This document shows, piece by piece, positions 1-10,090 of a stretch of DNA of 55,601 bases. The stretch lies in contig CAYZEI010000006.1 in assembly GCA_964477745.1 (NCBI GenBank), positions 1 through 55,601 of the forward strand. The letters run 5' to 3'. A program made the translations under genes and the position numbers. The stretch comes from an uncultured Candidatus Saccharibacteria bacterium. Lineage in GTDB: Bacteria > Patescibacteriota > Doudnabacteria > UBA920. The first letter of the stretch is position 1; each line of letters starts with the position of its first letter. The notes beneath the pieces were generated by a model. That model saw only the letters and a list, made by a program, of their open reading frames with translations. It did no database searches and was not told the origin of the DNA.

Positions 1-3
1 ATC

Positions 4-1407
4 CTAGCTACTTGCGATCATTCTCAGCAAATCTGTAAACTTTTCAAATTCTTCCCTGTCTAAAAATGCATCGATTGTTTGACCGGTATCAAAAGTTTCA
101 AAAGTCTGCTGTTTGTTCATTAATTCTACGCCAGTTTTAATATATATATCATAAAGCGTGGATTTTTCTAAGTTAAAAATCACGTCATAATATCCGAATT
201 TCTCAATTAAGTGCCGAATTGCTTTTACATAATTTTCCAACGAACTCTTCTTAAAACTAGCCAAAGTTAGCAAGGTCAGGTCTTTCGGCCAATGCAATTC
301 TACCGGTTTTTCATCTTTAATTTTTATGCTTTCCGGTTTTTGCGACAAGACTGATTCACTCATGCGTTGCTTAATGCCCGCTAAAGTGTCAATTCTTACT
401 TTTTCGGAAATCTCCTGGATATTTAAACCCGGCTTATGACTATCTTCTGGCTTAATTTGAGTTTTCGGTTTCTCCGGTATGCTAACTTTAGGCAAAGGTG
501 AGGTTTTTTTTGCCAAAAACGCTTCCAAATCAATTACTGGAGGATTTTTATCCGGTAACGGCTGAGCAACAACTTTAGGAATTGGGGCAATAGGCGGAAT
601 TTTTATTCCCGCCGAGACCTTATCTTTAAACTCCTGACTAATTATCATTCCGCCACCAGAAGCGCCGTCTCGCTTTGTAAATGTGACCGGTCCTTGAATA
701 ATAACCTGACTTGCTGTTACTACTGTTGGTTTTTCTGCCGGCTTCTCTGCCGGTACTTTTACAACCGCCGGCTTTTCTTCAACGAATTTACTTGCGGGTG
801 GTTTTACCGAGGCAGGCATAACAACTTCCGGTTTTGGCTTAACAGGGACAACCGGCGCAACTTTTTGTTGAATAGTATGCTCCGGTAAACTCAATTCATT
901 TTTCGGTTTTCCTGCCGGTAATTCTTTTTCCGCAAAAATAGCTTTTAACTTATCAGCAAAATTTTGTTTGGTTTTTATGGTTTTACTGCTAACCGCCACG
1001 GGCGGTACGGGTTCTTTTACCGGTAAAGATACAGGGATTTTTGAAGCCTGTTTTAAAGGAGAAGATCCTTGTCCACCCATAGCCTTAGGCAGGTTCATAA
1101 TATGGCTTAGGCTGGGCATATGCGGACGCACGGGCTGGAATCCCGCGCTAATACTGGCCGGTTTTGGACTTATAGGTTTTGAGTCTACCTGTTTATTCCT
1201 ATCTACTATATGCTCAATGCTCTCTGCCGGCTTCTTCTGTTCGCTATTCCCTATTCGCTTTTCGCTATTTAGTATTTTCTCCAATTCACCCAATTGCTTG
1301 TCGTTCATCAATTCCAAAAGCGACAGCCATTCAGCCCGCTCGCTCTCGTTTAATATCCGAGATACTTTTATTAAACCTTTAATTTGTTCTGATTTTTCCG
1401 GTTGCAT
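4..1407 (-). CDS. hypothetical protein with Pro/Lys/Val-rich low-complexity core
   Basis: 467-aa ORF. It has a helical N-terminus, a central PxxKP/PVxxKP-rich tract and a globular C-terminus. Its start abuts the stop of the upstream ORF (1407/1408), which suggests coupling. No catalytic motif recognised. Confidence 0.6.
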   Translation of the reverse strand: MQPEKSEQIKGLIKVSRILNESERAEWLSLLELMNDKQLGELEKILNSEKRIGNSEQKKPAESIEHIVDRNKQVDSKPISPKPASISAGFQPVRPHMPSLSHIMNLPKAMGGQGSSPLKQASKIPVSLPVKEPVPPVAVSSKTIKTKQNFADKLKAIFAEKELPAGKPKNELSLPEHTIQQKVAPVVPVKPKPEVVMPASVKPPASKFVEEKPAVVKVPAEKPAEKPTVVTASQVIIQGPVTFTKRDGASGGGMIISQEFKDKVSAGIKIPPIAPIPKVVAQPLPDKNPPVIDLEAFLAKKTSPLPKVSIPEKPKTQIKPEDSHKPGLNIQEISEKVRIDTLAGIKQRMSESVLSQKPESIKIKDEKPVELHWPKDLTLLTLASFKKSSLENYVKAIRHLIEKFGYYDVIFNLEKSTLYDIYIKTGVELMNKQQTFETFDTGQTIDAFLDREEFEKFTDLLRMIASS

Positions 1408-2631
1408 TTATTTTTGCACTTTTTTCTTTAAATCCTCTAGTTTTTTATCTATATCTACCGTCGGTTTTTTTGGCATTTCCGGTGGCTGGCCACTCCACAT
1501 TTTCAATCCCGGAGACGCCAATTCAACTTCCACCGGCTTTTTCTTAAGCATTTCCTCTATATTAACCGGTCTAACCACAGGATTAGCCAAAATCTCCGGT
1601 GGTGGCACAATCTTTACAATTTCCTGAATCGGTTTTTGAATAGGTTGATTCTTTGGAGCTGGAATAATGGGGGGACTGGCTTTTATTTCTGTATAACTCT
1701 CTTGATTTAATTCAGACGACACAAACTTTTCTTTTTCAAAAGATCTTTTTACCCTTTCAATATTTCCGTTGCCCTTACGATTATCTCTTAGTTTTTCAAC
1801 TGATACAATTAAATCATCGGGAATTAGACTTTGTGGTGACTCAATGTTTATGTACTCCTCATTACTCACGGTCTGACCGGGCAATCTAAAATCATACTGT
1901 AATGGATCAAACTTCAACCAATCATAAAACTGTACTATCTTTAACAATAAATCCCTATTTTCCTTATCTAGCTTTCGCGCATTTAAAGAACCAGTAACAA
2001 AATTTACCTGTTCATACCCACCTCTCCTGTTTAAATCTTTACTAACATGACTACTGCTGTTGTAATCAAAAAGCCAATTCTGAATAGTCGGGTTAACCAA
2101 TTTTTCCTCACCATTTATAATTAACTTTATATTATCCGAGCCCAAAATTTCTTGATTTTTCTCAATAGATTTTAAATAAAGCGCTCTTAAGTTTTCATTT
2201 TGATCCCCACCGTCGAAATAGGAAATAAAAATCTTCTCTACCCATTCTTTTGCGTCTATTATGTCTGTCTTGAAGGTATCTAAAATCTGCTCCTTAAAAA
2301 ATACTTCCTGCTGTTTTTCGTCTAAAGTCCTTAAACTTAAGAGTTTAAGAATTTTTAACAAGCGTAAGTATTTCGTTGATAATTCTTTTGGCAAATTACC
2401 TTCAATGGCTAAAAGCTTGTCTGCAAGAATCATAGCAAAATTAACAGCCTCGTCAGACGAGCCCCCTGCCACAATACTTAAAACAACATCCTCAACATTT
2501 TGATATGCCTTTAAGTCAAGCAATAATAGAGGGTCTATGGTTTTTAAATTGTCTTCAAAGATAACTACCATTTTTTTCAAAAAATTAATTAAATCCAAAA
2601 GTTGCGCCACCAGATCCATCTTTTGACACAA
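1408..2631 (-). CDS. hypothetical protein
   Basis: 407-aa ORF in the same operon direction. The annotated start overlaps the upstream gene by 47 nt, so an internal Met at 2619 or 2571 may be the real start. No recognisable domain. Confidence 0.6.
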   Translation of the reverse strand: MCQKMDLVAQLLDLINFLKKMVVIFEDNLKTIDPLLLLDLKAYQNVEDVVLSIVAGGSSDEAVNFAMILADKLLAIEGNLPKELSTKYLRLLKILKLLSLRTLDEKQQEVFFKEQILDTFKTDIIDAKEWVEKIFISYFDGGDQNENLRALYLKSIEKNQEILGSDNIKLIINGEEKLVNPTIQNWLFDYNSSSHVSKDLNRRGGYEQVNFVTGSLNARKLDKENRDLLLKIVQFYDWLKFDPLQYDFRLPGQTVSNEEYINIESPQSLIPDDLIVSVEKLRDNRKGNGNIERVKRSFEKEKFVSSELNQESYTEIKASPPIIPAPKNQPIQKPIQEIVKIVPPPEILANPVVRPVNIEEMLKKKPVEVELASPGLKMWSGQPPEMPKKPTVDIDKKLEDLKKKVQK

Positions 2632-5600
2632 TTAAATCTGGTCCCAGCACAACACCTGTATCAGACCTTTTCATTTTAATCCCTAGAGGGGCAATATAAG
2701 CTGGATACAAAGTACTTAAGTTATTATAAATTTGTATCACTTGATCTTCAGTAAAACCAGCTCTTGTTAACGAACCGGAGGCCTCAAATTTGTTTAATTG
2801 GAAAAGTTTTGCCATCATCTTGTAATTTGTCCCATCGGGGTTTGCGTCTGTTTTTGGACTTAAATCAAAATGACCATCTTCGCCTTTATTCAAACCCAAA
2901 CGCTTAATCATTCTGTTTTGGATAACACGGGTTCTACCCAAAGAAACCACTGTACCAGTTGGCCTTTTGGCAATTGAACGCCTGCCATAAGAAGTAAATT
3001 GGTCAAATCCGCTTTCGTATTGAATTGTGTCAGCAGCAGGCTCAATAGAACCAGCCCAGCGTTCGCTATTACCTCTTTCTTTTCTTTTTTGCGCGTCCAT
3101 ATTTTTGCGCGCCCCCATAAGCTCATACTTTAAATCTGCTTGTCTTCCATGGTCATATGGGCTACCATATTTTTCACCCAACTCATCCATTGCGGACTTA
3201 AGAGAAGCAAAACTAGTAATATCTTTAAACTCTGTGGTGTTATTTCCTACATCATCTTGAACATAAAAACGCAAGGCTGTAATGTTCCCCGAGGCATCCC
3301 TAATCTCATCAAAAACTTCAGTCTTTGCTAATTCTTCAAGCATGTCGCCAGCTTTTTCGTGCTCTGCATATTGATTTAAGTCACTAATTGCGTAAAATCT
3401 TTTGAATTCATCATCCCAAACCGCATAGCCAAGACCTCTCTCTTTGTTTTCCCCTTCGGCATGTTCCTGAAGGTGAGAAAGTTTTTCACCAATTTGGGCA
3501 GCGTTTAAACCTGAATGTTTTAATTTATCAACAAGCAAATCACTAAACTCAACCGCATCGTAATAAGATTCAAAGTCTCTTTCTGCTTTTGCTTGAGCAT
3601 CGGCCTTAGAGGTAACAGCATTACCAAATTTATCTTCTTCTTTTTTAAAATAAGATTCTGCTAATTTTTTTATATACTTTGGTTTATTTCTATTCATATA
3701 CTCAATCATTACACCATCTTCATGTCTTCCTTCCTGAATTACATAACTCAAAGCTTCAACATCTTCATAATGGTGCGCATCTAAAAATGCCTGAACTTTT
3801 TCTTCTTCAGAAAGAGGGATTTTTTCCCATAAAGAACGCTTCTTATTTATCATGGCAGCCTGAGCAATACGACCATAATAAGTTTTCTGCCCTAATCTAA
3901 TTTTTCCATGATCTTTGGACCACTCAGTTGGTATTATTCTGCTAATAGAATCCCTTACATAACCAATGGCTGGTTCGTATGCCTCTTCTTCCTTTTCGTG
4001 CATTCTTTGTTTATAGGCTTCAGAGGCTACTTTTAAATTCAAAAACTGAGCGGTTCTCCACATATTTGCCGTTTTTGTTTTCCCAGATTTATCTGCGGCT
4101 TCAAGTTTTTTGGTTGTATACCTTGTATACGCACGTCCAACAGCCCCAAACCCAGCCGCCGCACCCATGCCAGCAACTCCAAACGGAGCAAAAATTCCTT
4201 TTTCCGCAATCTTGGTTATCCCACTGGCGCCATATATCCCCGCCTTGTCTGCAACTTGTAACGCGGCAAACAAGAAAACTAACAACAATAAATTACTGGC
4301 CACTTTAAATACAAACCCTGCCAGGTCAGAATTACCTAAGTCATTGACTAATGATTTATCCGCAACCGTTTGAAGTATAGGTATGTCTCTAAACTGGTTA
4401 GAAATTACTGCTGTAAGGTTTAAAAAGAATGCCATTATTGGAGTAAAAAACGCGTACTTTAAAAATGCATCCCACCAAGTTTTTCTGTATTGTGCGGTAG
4501 AAGGAAGCACGCCACAAGCATAAGCAATTGGAGAAATTAACAACAAAAGCCATAAGGCAACAATTCTAATTACCAGGAAAACCGCAATGGCGGCAAATAC
4601 CATAAAACTCCCGAGAGACATTGCCAAAAAGAATAACGGTTTAATAATTCCGGCAAAAGAGGCATCTGCAAAGGCTTTAGTGCCATACAAATCCCGGTAG
4701 GTGCCCACCATTAAATCTCCGGCCAGTGACCGGATTACCGTGACATTCGCGGGCAAAAATTGCGCTTGAATGGTATCTGCCAATGCCAAAATCGCTTGGG
4801 CAATAACCAAGCTAAAATTAATCATTAACGCGGCTAAAATTAACTGAATTAAGAGTGGTCTGGTCTGATAGCTATCCACCCTAAATAATGTGGCCAACGC
4901 AATTACCATTAGCGCCACAATAAAGAATATATTACAAATATTTCTAATAACTTCCCAGCCCGGATAAATCACCGCCACAAAAGTGTCTGTGTAAACGTGA
5001 ATAGACAACATAGCCTGAATTAAAGGCGCTATGAGCCAATAAAATAGTCCGTAAACCAATTCTTGAACAAAACCAATCAGAACACCAATAATTTCATTAA
5101 TTATTGACGCCACTGAACCAGCCAAACTGTTTCCAGGAGTTTGGTTTGGAGTGGTCACCAACGAACCATTTGCAGGGACACCTTGTGGGCGGGGGTCCGA
5201 TATATGTTGATTTAAAATAGCTGTATCCGGATAGACCTGCAAAAAAACACTTTTTGCTGGAGAAAAAGAGGTATTTGTGCCAATACCGGCCAATTCAAAA
5301 GTCGGATAGACATACACCTCATGCACCAAACCTTCATTTGTGGCGGAGTTTATTCCTAATTTTTCTCTAGCTGAAGTATCTAAAGAAAGTGTATAACTGA
5401 GTTCATCTCCTTGCTTTAAGGTTATGGCTGTTGCAAAATCTGGCTTTAAACCTGTTTTTACATCAAAACTACAATTATAAATGGACGAGCCCACTAAATT
5501 TCCGAATAAACTAGATATATTTTTACAAATTGTATCATTTTGGGTTTTTTCCACAACCCCGACAAAAAAACCGTTAATGGCATCAGAAGCACCACCTCTT

Positions 5601-5878
5601 GTCAAACTATCCCTAATTGGTTGTCCAGCCCGCCCTAAGACAATCTGACTTGGACTTATTAGCTTTAATTTAACGGGTATATTAATGCTTCCTTTTTGGT
5701 CAACTCTATAAAAATTGTCTCCTACTGTTAGTTCAAATTTAACATCTTTAGCTTGAATTGCGGTTGCTTTGGCGGAATTTGGCAAAAATAAAAACAAACC
5801 ACCTAAAATTAAAAAGGCAATGCTAATAAAAAATGACGGTTTTAGCTTGAAAAATTTTGTTTTTAGTTTCTTAACCAA
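2585..5878 (-). CDS. large polytopic membrane protein (signal/anchor, ~240-aa exodomain, multi-TM core, ~470-aa cytoplasmic tail)
   Basis: 1097-aa ORF. The N-terminal hydrophobic segment is 'FFISIAFLILGGLFLFLPNSAKA', and about 10 hydrophobic helices span residues ~255-620. The topology recalls TrbL/VirB6-type proteins, but no sequence motif confirms this. Confidence 0.75.
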   Translation of the reverse strand: MVKKLKTKFFKLKPSFFISIAFLILGGLFLFLPNSAKATAIQAKDVKFELTVGDNFYRVDQKGSINIPVKLKLISPSQIVLGRAGQPIRDSLTRGGASDAINGFFVGVVEKTQNDTICKNISSLFGNLVGSSIYNCSFDVKTGLKPDFATAITLKQGDELSYTLSLDTSAREKLGINSATNEGLVHEVYVYPTFELAGIGTNTSFSPAKSVFLQVYPDTAILNQHISDPRPQGVPANGSLVTTPNQTPGNSLAGSVASIINEIIGVLIGFVQELVYGLFYWLIAPLIQAMLSIHVYTDTFVAVIYPGWEVIRNICNIFFIVALMVIALATLFRVDSYQTRPLLIQLILAALMINFSLVIAQAILALADTIQAQFLPANVTVIRSLAGDLMVGTYRDLYGTKAFADASFAGIIKPLFFLAMSLGSFMVFAAIAVFLVIRIVALWLLLLISPIAYACGVLPSTAQYRKTWWDAFLKYAFFTPIMAFFLNLTAVISNQFRDIPILQTVADKSLVNDLGNSDLAGFVFKVASNLLLLVFLFAALQVADKAGIYGASGITKIAEKGIFAPFGVAGMGAAAGFGAVGRAYTRYTTKKLEAADKSGKTKTANMWRTAQFLNLKVASEAYKQRMHEKEEEAYEPAIGYVRDSISRIIPTEWSKDHGKIRLGQKTYYGRIAQAAMINKKRSLWEKIPLSEEEKVQAFLDAHHYEDVEALSYVIQEGRHEDGVMIEYMNRNKPKYIKKLAESYFKKEEDKFGNAVTSKADAQAKAERDFESYYDAVEFSDLLVDKLKHSGLNAAQIGEKLSHLQEHAEGENKERGLGYAVWDDEFKRFYAISDLNQYAEHEKAGDMLEELAKTEVFDEIRDASGNITALRFYVQDDVGNNTTEFKDITSFASLKSAMDELGEKYGSPYDHGRQADLKYELMGARKNMDAQKRKERGNSERWAGSIEPAADTIQYESGFDQFTSYGRRSIAKRPTGTVVSLGRTRVIQNRMIKRLGLNKGEDGHFDLSPKTDANPDGTNYKMMAKLFQLNKFEASGSLTRAGFTEDQVIQIYNNLSTLYPAYIAPLGIKMKRSDTGVVLGPDLIVSKDGSGGATFGFN

Positions 5879-6158
5879 GGTATTAAAAAAGCTTAAGGAA
5901 TAGCTATTTTTCTTTGCAAATTACTCTAAAATTATACCATAATTTTTTAAAAACCACAAAATTTTGCAAAGCCAGGGCAATTTAAGCTTTTTCTTACTTT
6001 TCCACAGCCTAAATTCATAAAGGCTGACCCGGCACAGCTTGAATTTTGCTTTCTAAATCCGTTTTACTCCTACCAGAACCTAAAACCCCAATGCCACACA
6101 ACAATACTTCAACAACAAAAACCCAACCTTTAAACCTCTTACTAAAACAATTTATCTT

Positions 6159-6198
6159 CATTCTACGCGACTCTGTAATTACAGAGTCGGGTAGAATT
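6159..6198. repeat. 40-nt near-perfect palindrome (copy 1 of a 2-copy family)
   Basis: 'attctacgcgactctgtaattacagagtcgggtagaat' has one arm mismatch. 37 of 38 nt are identical to the copy at 6998-7035. It lies just downstream of the PaaX-like gene and upstream of the 1097-aa gene. Confidence 0.9.
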
Positions 6199-6225
6199 GT
6201 CCTAAAATTCAATATTATTAAAATT

Positions 6226-6903
6226 TTAAATAATTCCTTTTTCTTTAAAATGATCTTTCAACTTTTTTAAATCTTCCGGATCTAGTGATACAACCTCCAT
6301 AACTGTGACAAATCTTTCCACTTTATAATACGCCGATGCAAACCCAACTTCCTCCCTCGGGTCAAACGGATAGACCCACACAGTGCGCTGAAGCGGATAC
6401 AAACCCATCCTTTTTACTTTCTGTCTAAATAAATCGGCATTGGAGCGGTATGGATTAGACGGGATATCCGCCAGCGCCAGCCACCAATGCCCATCCCATT
6501 TGCGGGCTCGCTTAATTTGCATAAACCTAAATTGCATCATGTCAATTTGTTTTTGCCCCTTGCCGGTAATTTTTATGGTAAAATCTTTGCCGTTCGGTTC
6601 CAGGATTACATAACCTTTATTTTTTAAATAGTAAAAAGTTTTGGCAATTTTTTTTCGCTGATCATCACGCTTAGTATTCCATTGAGAATAAGTTTTCTTT
6701 CTCCACGGAACTTTATCCAAAATTTGAAACAGATTTGGCGCAACCGCCGCCACGGTAATAACTCCTGCCATCACCGTAACCGCCAAAATCACTTGGGCAA
6801 TATTTTCAAATAATTTAATTTCCGAATTGCTTATTTTAAACTTTTGTTTTGGCGCTCCGGATTTTACTAAATCCGAAATATTTACCTTACTATATTTATC
6901 CAT
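6226..6903 (-). CDS. PaaX-family-like protein (N-terminal TM anchor, winged-helix region, PaaX_C/Cas2-fold-like C-terminus)
   Basis: 225-aa ORF. 'WDGHWWLALADIPSNPYRSNADLFRQKVKRMGLYPLQRTVWVYP' fits the PaaX C-terminal domain pattern W-DG-W-x-IP-x-R-x-LR-x-G-x-VWV-P. The hydrophobic helix is 'VILAVTVMAGVITVAAVAP'. Confidence 0.6.
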   Translation of the reverse strand: MDKYSKVNISDLVKSGAPKQKFKISNSEIKLFENIAQVILAVTVMAGVITVAAVAPNLFQILDKVPWRKKTYSQWNTKRDDQRKKIAKTFYYLKNKGYVILEPNGKDFTIKITGKGQKQIDMMQFRFMQIKRARKWDGHWWLALADIPSNPYRSNADLFRQKVKRMGLYPLQRTVWVYPFDPREEVGFASAYYKVERFVTVMEVVSLDPEDLKKLKDHFKEKGII

Positions 6904-6995
6904 ATTTTTAGGATTAAGGGTATTTAAATCCTAAATTAATTATACTACTTTTGCAAAATTTGTTAAATTTTCAATCCTCTCATCTTCATAAATTA

Positions 6996-7037
6996 GTATT
7001 CTACGCGACTCTGTAATTACAGAGTCGCGTAGAATAC
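6996..7037. repeat. 42-nt perfect palindrome (copy 2)
   Basis: 'gtattctacgcgactctgtaattacagagtcgcgtagaatac' equals its own reverse complement. It lies about 90 nt upstream of the PaaX-like gene start. Confidence 0.95.
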
Positions 7038-7084
7038 TCGCAAGTGTTATTGAATAAATGTATTAACAATTACCGAGCGAACAA

Positions 7085-7118
7085 TTTAAAACCCCTTCAC
7101 AATTTTGTGAAGGGGTTT
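7085..7118 (-). terminator. rho-independent terminator after the 624-aa gene
   Basis: The stem ccccttcac/gtgaagggg has a 6-nt loop and is followed on the minus strand by TTTT. Confidence 0.7.
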
Positions 7119-7132
7119 ATTTAAACTTGTAA

Positions 7133-9007
7133 TTATTGTTGTGGACCACGAATCTCAATCACTCTAGGCTCGCCACGAATATTTAACGGCTCTTTGGTGG
7201 TGAAAGCACCGGCGACTTTTGGTAGCGCGTCATTATTGTACGCTTGAGTTGAATTTACGTTAATGGCCATAGTTACAGATGTCATGGCTCTGCCGTTTGC
7301 ATCAAACACAGTCAATATATACCCGCCACCTTTAGTGGTACGAATTGACTTACTACCATTAAGTGGCAACTTGTTTGGAACTGTTTGCTTAGTGGTCTGA
7401 TCTGTTTTAGTTGTTAAAATTCCATCTCCACCGATAGTCACAAAACTGGCCTTGTCCAAAAGAGCTGTGACAACATCCCAATTCAAAACATATTCATCAC
7501 TATAATTTGAACCTCTTTCGGCATTAAACACTATGCCTTTTCCTAAATTTTCTGTAGCATTGCTGTATAATGCATCTGTACCGGCTTGAACAACTGCATT
7601 AGCCACTCTCTGTTCATTAATTATGGCCGCACCTTTGGCCCCTTCAAGTCCGCCAAAGATCATACTAGTGCCGATTTGCGATGCTACATCACCAATTAAA
7701 TTCATAAAGCCGGGTAAGTTATTATCGTTATATTGCCCTAACTTACTGCCAACAGATTTAAATGCTTCGTCTATACCTTTATCTATCAAACTTGCCGGGG
7801 ATACAATAGCTTCGCAAATAGTAGTGGCTGGCGACGAAACATTTTGTGGTAAAACTTTCATTGCATTTCGAGCTGCGTCAAAATCAGCTTGCGCTTTTTG
7901 CAAATCGCTGTCCGAAACATTTTGACCTAAACCTTTAGCTTGTTGAAGATTTTTTAATAACGCGTATCGGTCATCAAACCTGGCACTAGCCATTTTATAT
8001 TGTTGGTCAACAGATTGTTGTTGTGCCATACTGCCGGCGCAGGTAACCGGAGTTTTTAAACCGTTTCCTTGAGTAACCTGAGCTTGAGCATATTGCAAAG
8101 ATTGTGCCCGGGCTTGATCCACGCCCCCTATATTAGTAGTGTGCTGATAATAAGGATTAGCTACTGTACTGCCTACGTGAGACATTTTAACATAGAAATC
8201 CGGATCATTAGTGTCTAAATACTTTGGATCAAAACCCAAAGCGGTATCGGCCGCTACAAATGCATAAGATGGCACGTCATTGCGTACTAGCGGGTTTTCT
8301 AAAATCGCTCTGGCCATAAATTGGCCTTCGGACCCGGGGAAATTTTTGCGAATGAACTGGTTGTCATACATTAACGTGGCCACCGAGTCTGTGTATTGCA
8401 TGACGTTACGCACTTTATAATTACTAACCAATTTTTGCACCAAGGAATTCGCGACCGACTTACTGGTTTTAATTAAAATATTAAAAACCAAAGTTTTCCA
8501 AAAACCTTGTTTGGCGTTATTGTACCGCGCCTGAGCATTTTCCAATTTTGCCTTATAGGCTTGTATAGCAGAAGTAATTTGAGTTATGTATGCTTGTTTC
8601 TGTTGAGCAGTATAAGCGTTCGGCGCACCAATTGCATCCACAGAAGCAATTGAAGTATTAGCGCATGTAATAAAAACTTGATACGCGGTTAACTTTGCGG
8701 CAAGCCTGACCATTAAAACCGAATCCCCACCAATTAAAGACAAACCCGTAAAGCCAAGCTGAGAAGCATTGTCAGCCGTGTCCGCGGTATTAACCGCCGT
8801 TAAGCAAGCAGCAAAAGTAGCTCTAGGCGTAACCATAGCTGCGGAAAAAATCGCATTTTGAACTGATGAACCACCATCATTAGTTGGAACCGGATTCAGC
8901 ACAAATTGCGCCGAAGCAGAAAGCGGAAAAACCGCCAGCTCCCCTGCCAGTAAAATTATTGTAATATATTTTTTTATATTTTTATTGCGCATTGTAAATT
9001 TGAACAT
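7133..9007 (-). CDS. secreted hypothetical protein
   Basis: 624-aa ORF with a signal-peptide-like N-terminus ('ITIILLAGELAVFPLSASAQ'). It is Ala/Gln/Asn-rich with predicted coiled segments. Confidence 0.7.
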   Translation of the reverse strand: MFKFTMRNKNIKKYITIILLAGELAVFPLSASAQFVLNPVPTNDGGSSVQNAIFSAAMVTPRATFAACLTAVNTADTADNASQLGFTGLSLIGGDSVLMVRLAAKLTAYQVFITCANTSIASVDAIGAPNAYTAQQKQAYITQITSAIQAYKAKLENAQARYNNAKQGFWKTLVFNILIKTSKSVANSLVQKLVSNYKVRNVMQYTDSVATLMYDNQFIRKNFPGSEGQFMARAILENPLVRNDVPSYAFVAADTALGFDPKYLDTNDPDFYVKMSHVGSTVANPYYQHTTNIGGVDQARAQSLQYAQAQVTQGNGLKTPVTCAGSMAQQQSVDQQYKMASARFDDRYALLKNLQQAKGLGQNVSDSDLQKAQADFDAARNAMKVLPQNVSSPATTICEAIVSPASLIDKGIDEAFKSVGSKLGQYNDNNLPGFMNLIGDVASQIGTSMIFGGLEGAKGAAIINEQRVANAVVQAGTDALYSNATENLGKGIVFNAERGSNYSDEYVLNWDVVTALLDKASFVTIGGDGILTTKTDQTTKQTVPNKLPLNGSKSIRTTKGGGYILTVFDANGRAMTSVTMAINVNSTQAYNNDALPKVAGAFTTKEPLNIRGEPRVIEIRGPQQ

Positions 9008-9728
9008 CGGTTAAATTAAATTTTTCCGCGACTAGCGAATTTTCCGCATCTAGATCCTGTTGGCTTTTTAAAAATTCCTGTAAGTATTTTCCCACCAGTT
9101 CCGGGTTAGTGTCGGCCTGGGTAAAATTTTGTAACACTCCAACCGAAGCGCTGTACTGAATTATTTTTAACTTTTGTAATCTCACCAAACTTTGCGGTAC
9201 AGATAATTTTTGCAGAGCATCTTTGACCGCATTTAATTTTTGTGCTTGCGCGTCTATTAACTTTTGGTTGCTGGATGAAAGAGCGGTTTCAAATTCACCA
9301 GAGTCTACTACCCCTGCTTCAATACTATTTGCTTGAACAAAATAATTTTTAATTGCTTCGCTTGAATCCGCAATAGTATTTACTTTTACTTCGTCTAAAG
9401 AAAGAACTACTCCCTCTGTGCTCGCTCCCAAAACTTCTCCCATGTCCACTTGTGACACGGTGCCATCTTCATTAATAACGCTCGGTCCGTCGTTGGTGTT
9501 GGCCCCGGCCACCAGTGGCATAATGTCCCCTTCCGGTTGAACGTAGGCATAATATTTTGGCACGTTGTTTTCCGCCACATTGGCAGATTTTTTTATACTA
9601 AAAAGTTGCGGTTGTTTTAACCAAGTTAAACCCAATAGCACAATTAAACAAAACACCACCGCTCCTAAATGTCCAAAATTAATCGGCGGGCTTGTTTGTT
9701 CTAAATTTGCTGTTTGAATATTTTCCAT
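8982..9728 (-). CDS. membrane-anchored hypothetical protein
   Basis: 248-aa ORF with a single N-terminal TM ('GAVVFCLIVLLGLTWL'). It overlaps the next gene by 26 nt. Confidence 0.65.
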   Translation of the reverse strand: MENIQTANLEQTSPPINFGHLGAVVFCLIVLLGLTWLKQPQLFSIKKSANVAENNVPKYYAYVQPEGDIMPLVAGANTNDGPSVINEDGTVSQVDMGEVLGASTEGVVLSLDEVKVNTIADSSEAIKNYFVQANSIEAGVVDSGEFETALSSSNQKLIDAQAQKLNAVKDALQKLSVPQSLVRLQKLKIIQYSASVGVLQNFTQADTNPELVGKYLQEFLKSQQDLDAENSLVAEKFNLTDVQIYNAQ

Positions 9729-9745
9729 ATATTTATTTTAAAAAA

Positions 9746-10090
9746 TTACGGGGCGATACTTGAACCGGTTAAATATAATGTCGGGGGGCAGATCCCGGTG
9801 GGAAAATCTGTGGCCATTCCCAACATGCTATTCCCGATGTGTGAAATGGTGTAGTAAAAATAATCGTAAATTAAAGTAGGCACCCAAGTATATATTCCAA
9901 TTGTCCCGTCAGTTTTCAAAACAGTAACCTGCAAACCACAGGCTACTGTAGGAGTAAAAATATCAAAGAGTCCCGGTAAAAATCTGCCCCCTACTGCAGC
10001 CGCACTCGCCTCCTTGGGCACCAAAAAATTCCCGACAAAAAGTCCGGTAATAATTATCATGACTGAGGTAAAACGTAAGGTGGTTGACAT
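9746..10090 (-). CDS. small secreted Cys-containing protein
   Basis: 114-aa ORF with a signal/anchor ('VMIIITGLFVGNFLVPKEASA'). It is the first gene of the minus-strand envelope cluster. Confidence 0.55.
   Translation of the reverse strand: MSTTLRFTSVMIIITGLFVGNFLVPKEASAAAVGGRFLPGLFDIFTPTVACGLQVTVLKTDGTIGIYTWVPTLIYDYFYYTISHIGNSMLGMATDFPTGICPPTLYLTGSSIAP

Noticed and set aside
694-1627. Plus-strand ORFs 694-888, 968-1627 and 1179-1382, antisense to the first gene. The same reasoning applies to other short antisense ORFs in the track, such as 2261-2503, 3027-3331, 3979-4373, 12901-13246 and 18785-20703.
   Set aside because: They are shadow ORFs within long, well-supported genes on the opposite strand. 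Their composition is Cys/Phe/Leu/Arg-rich and not protein-like.
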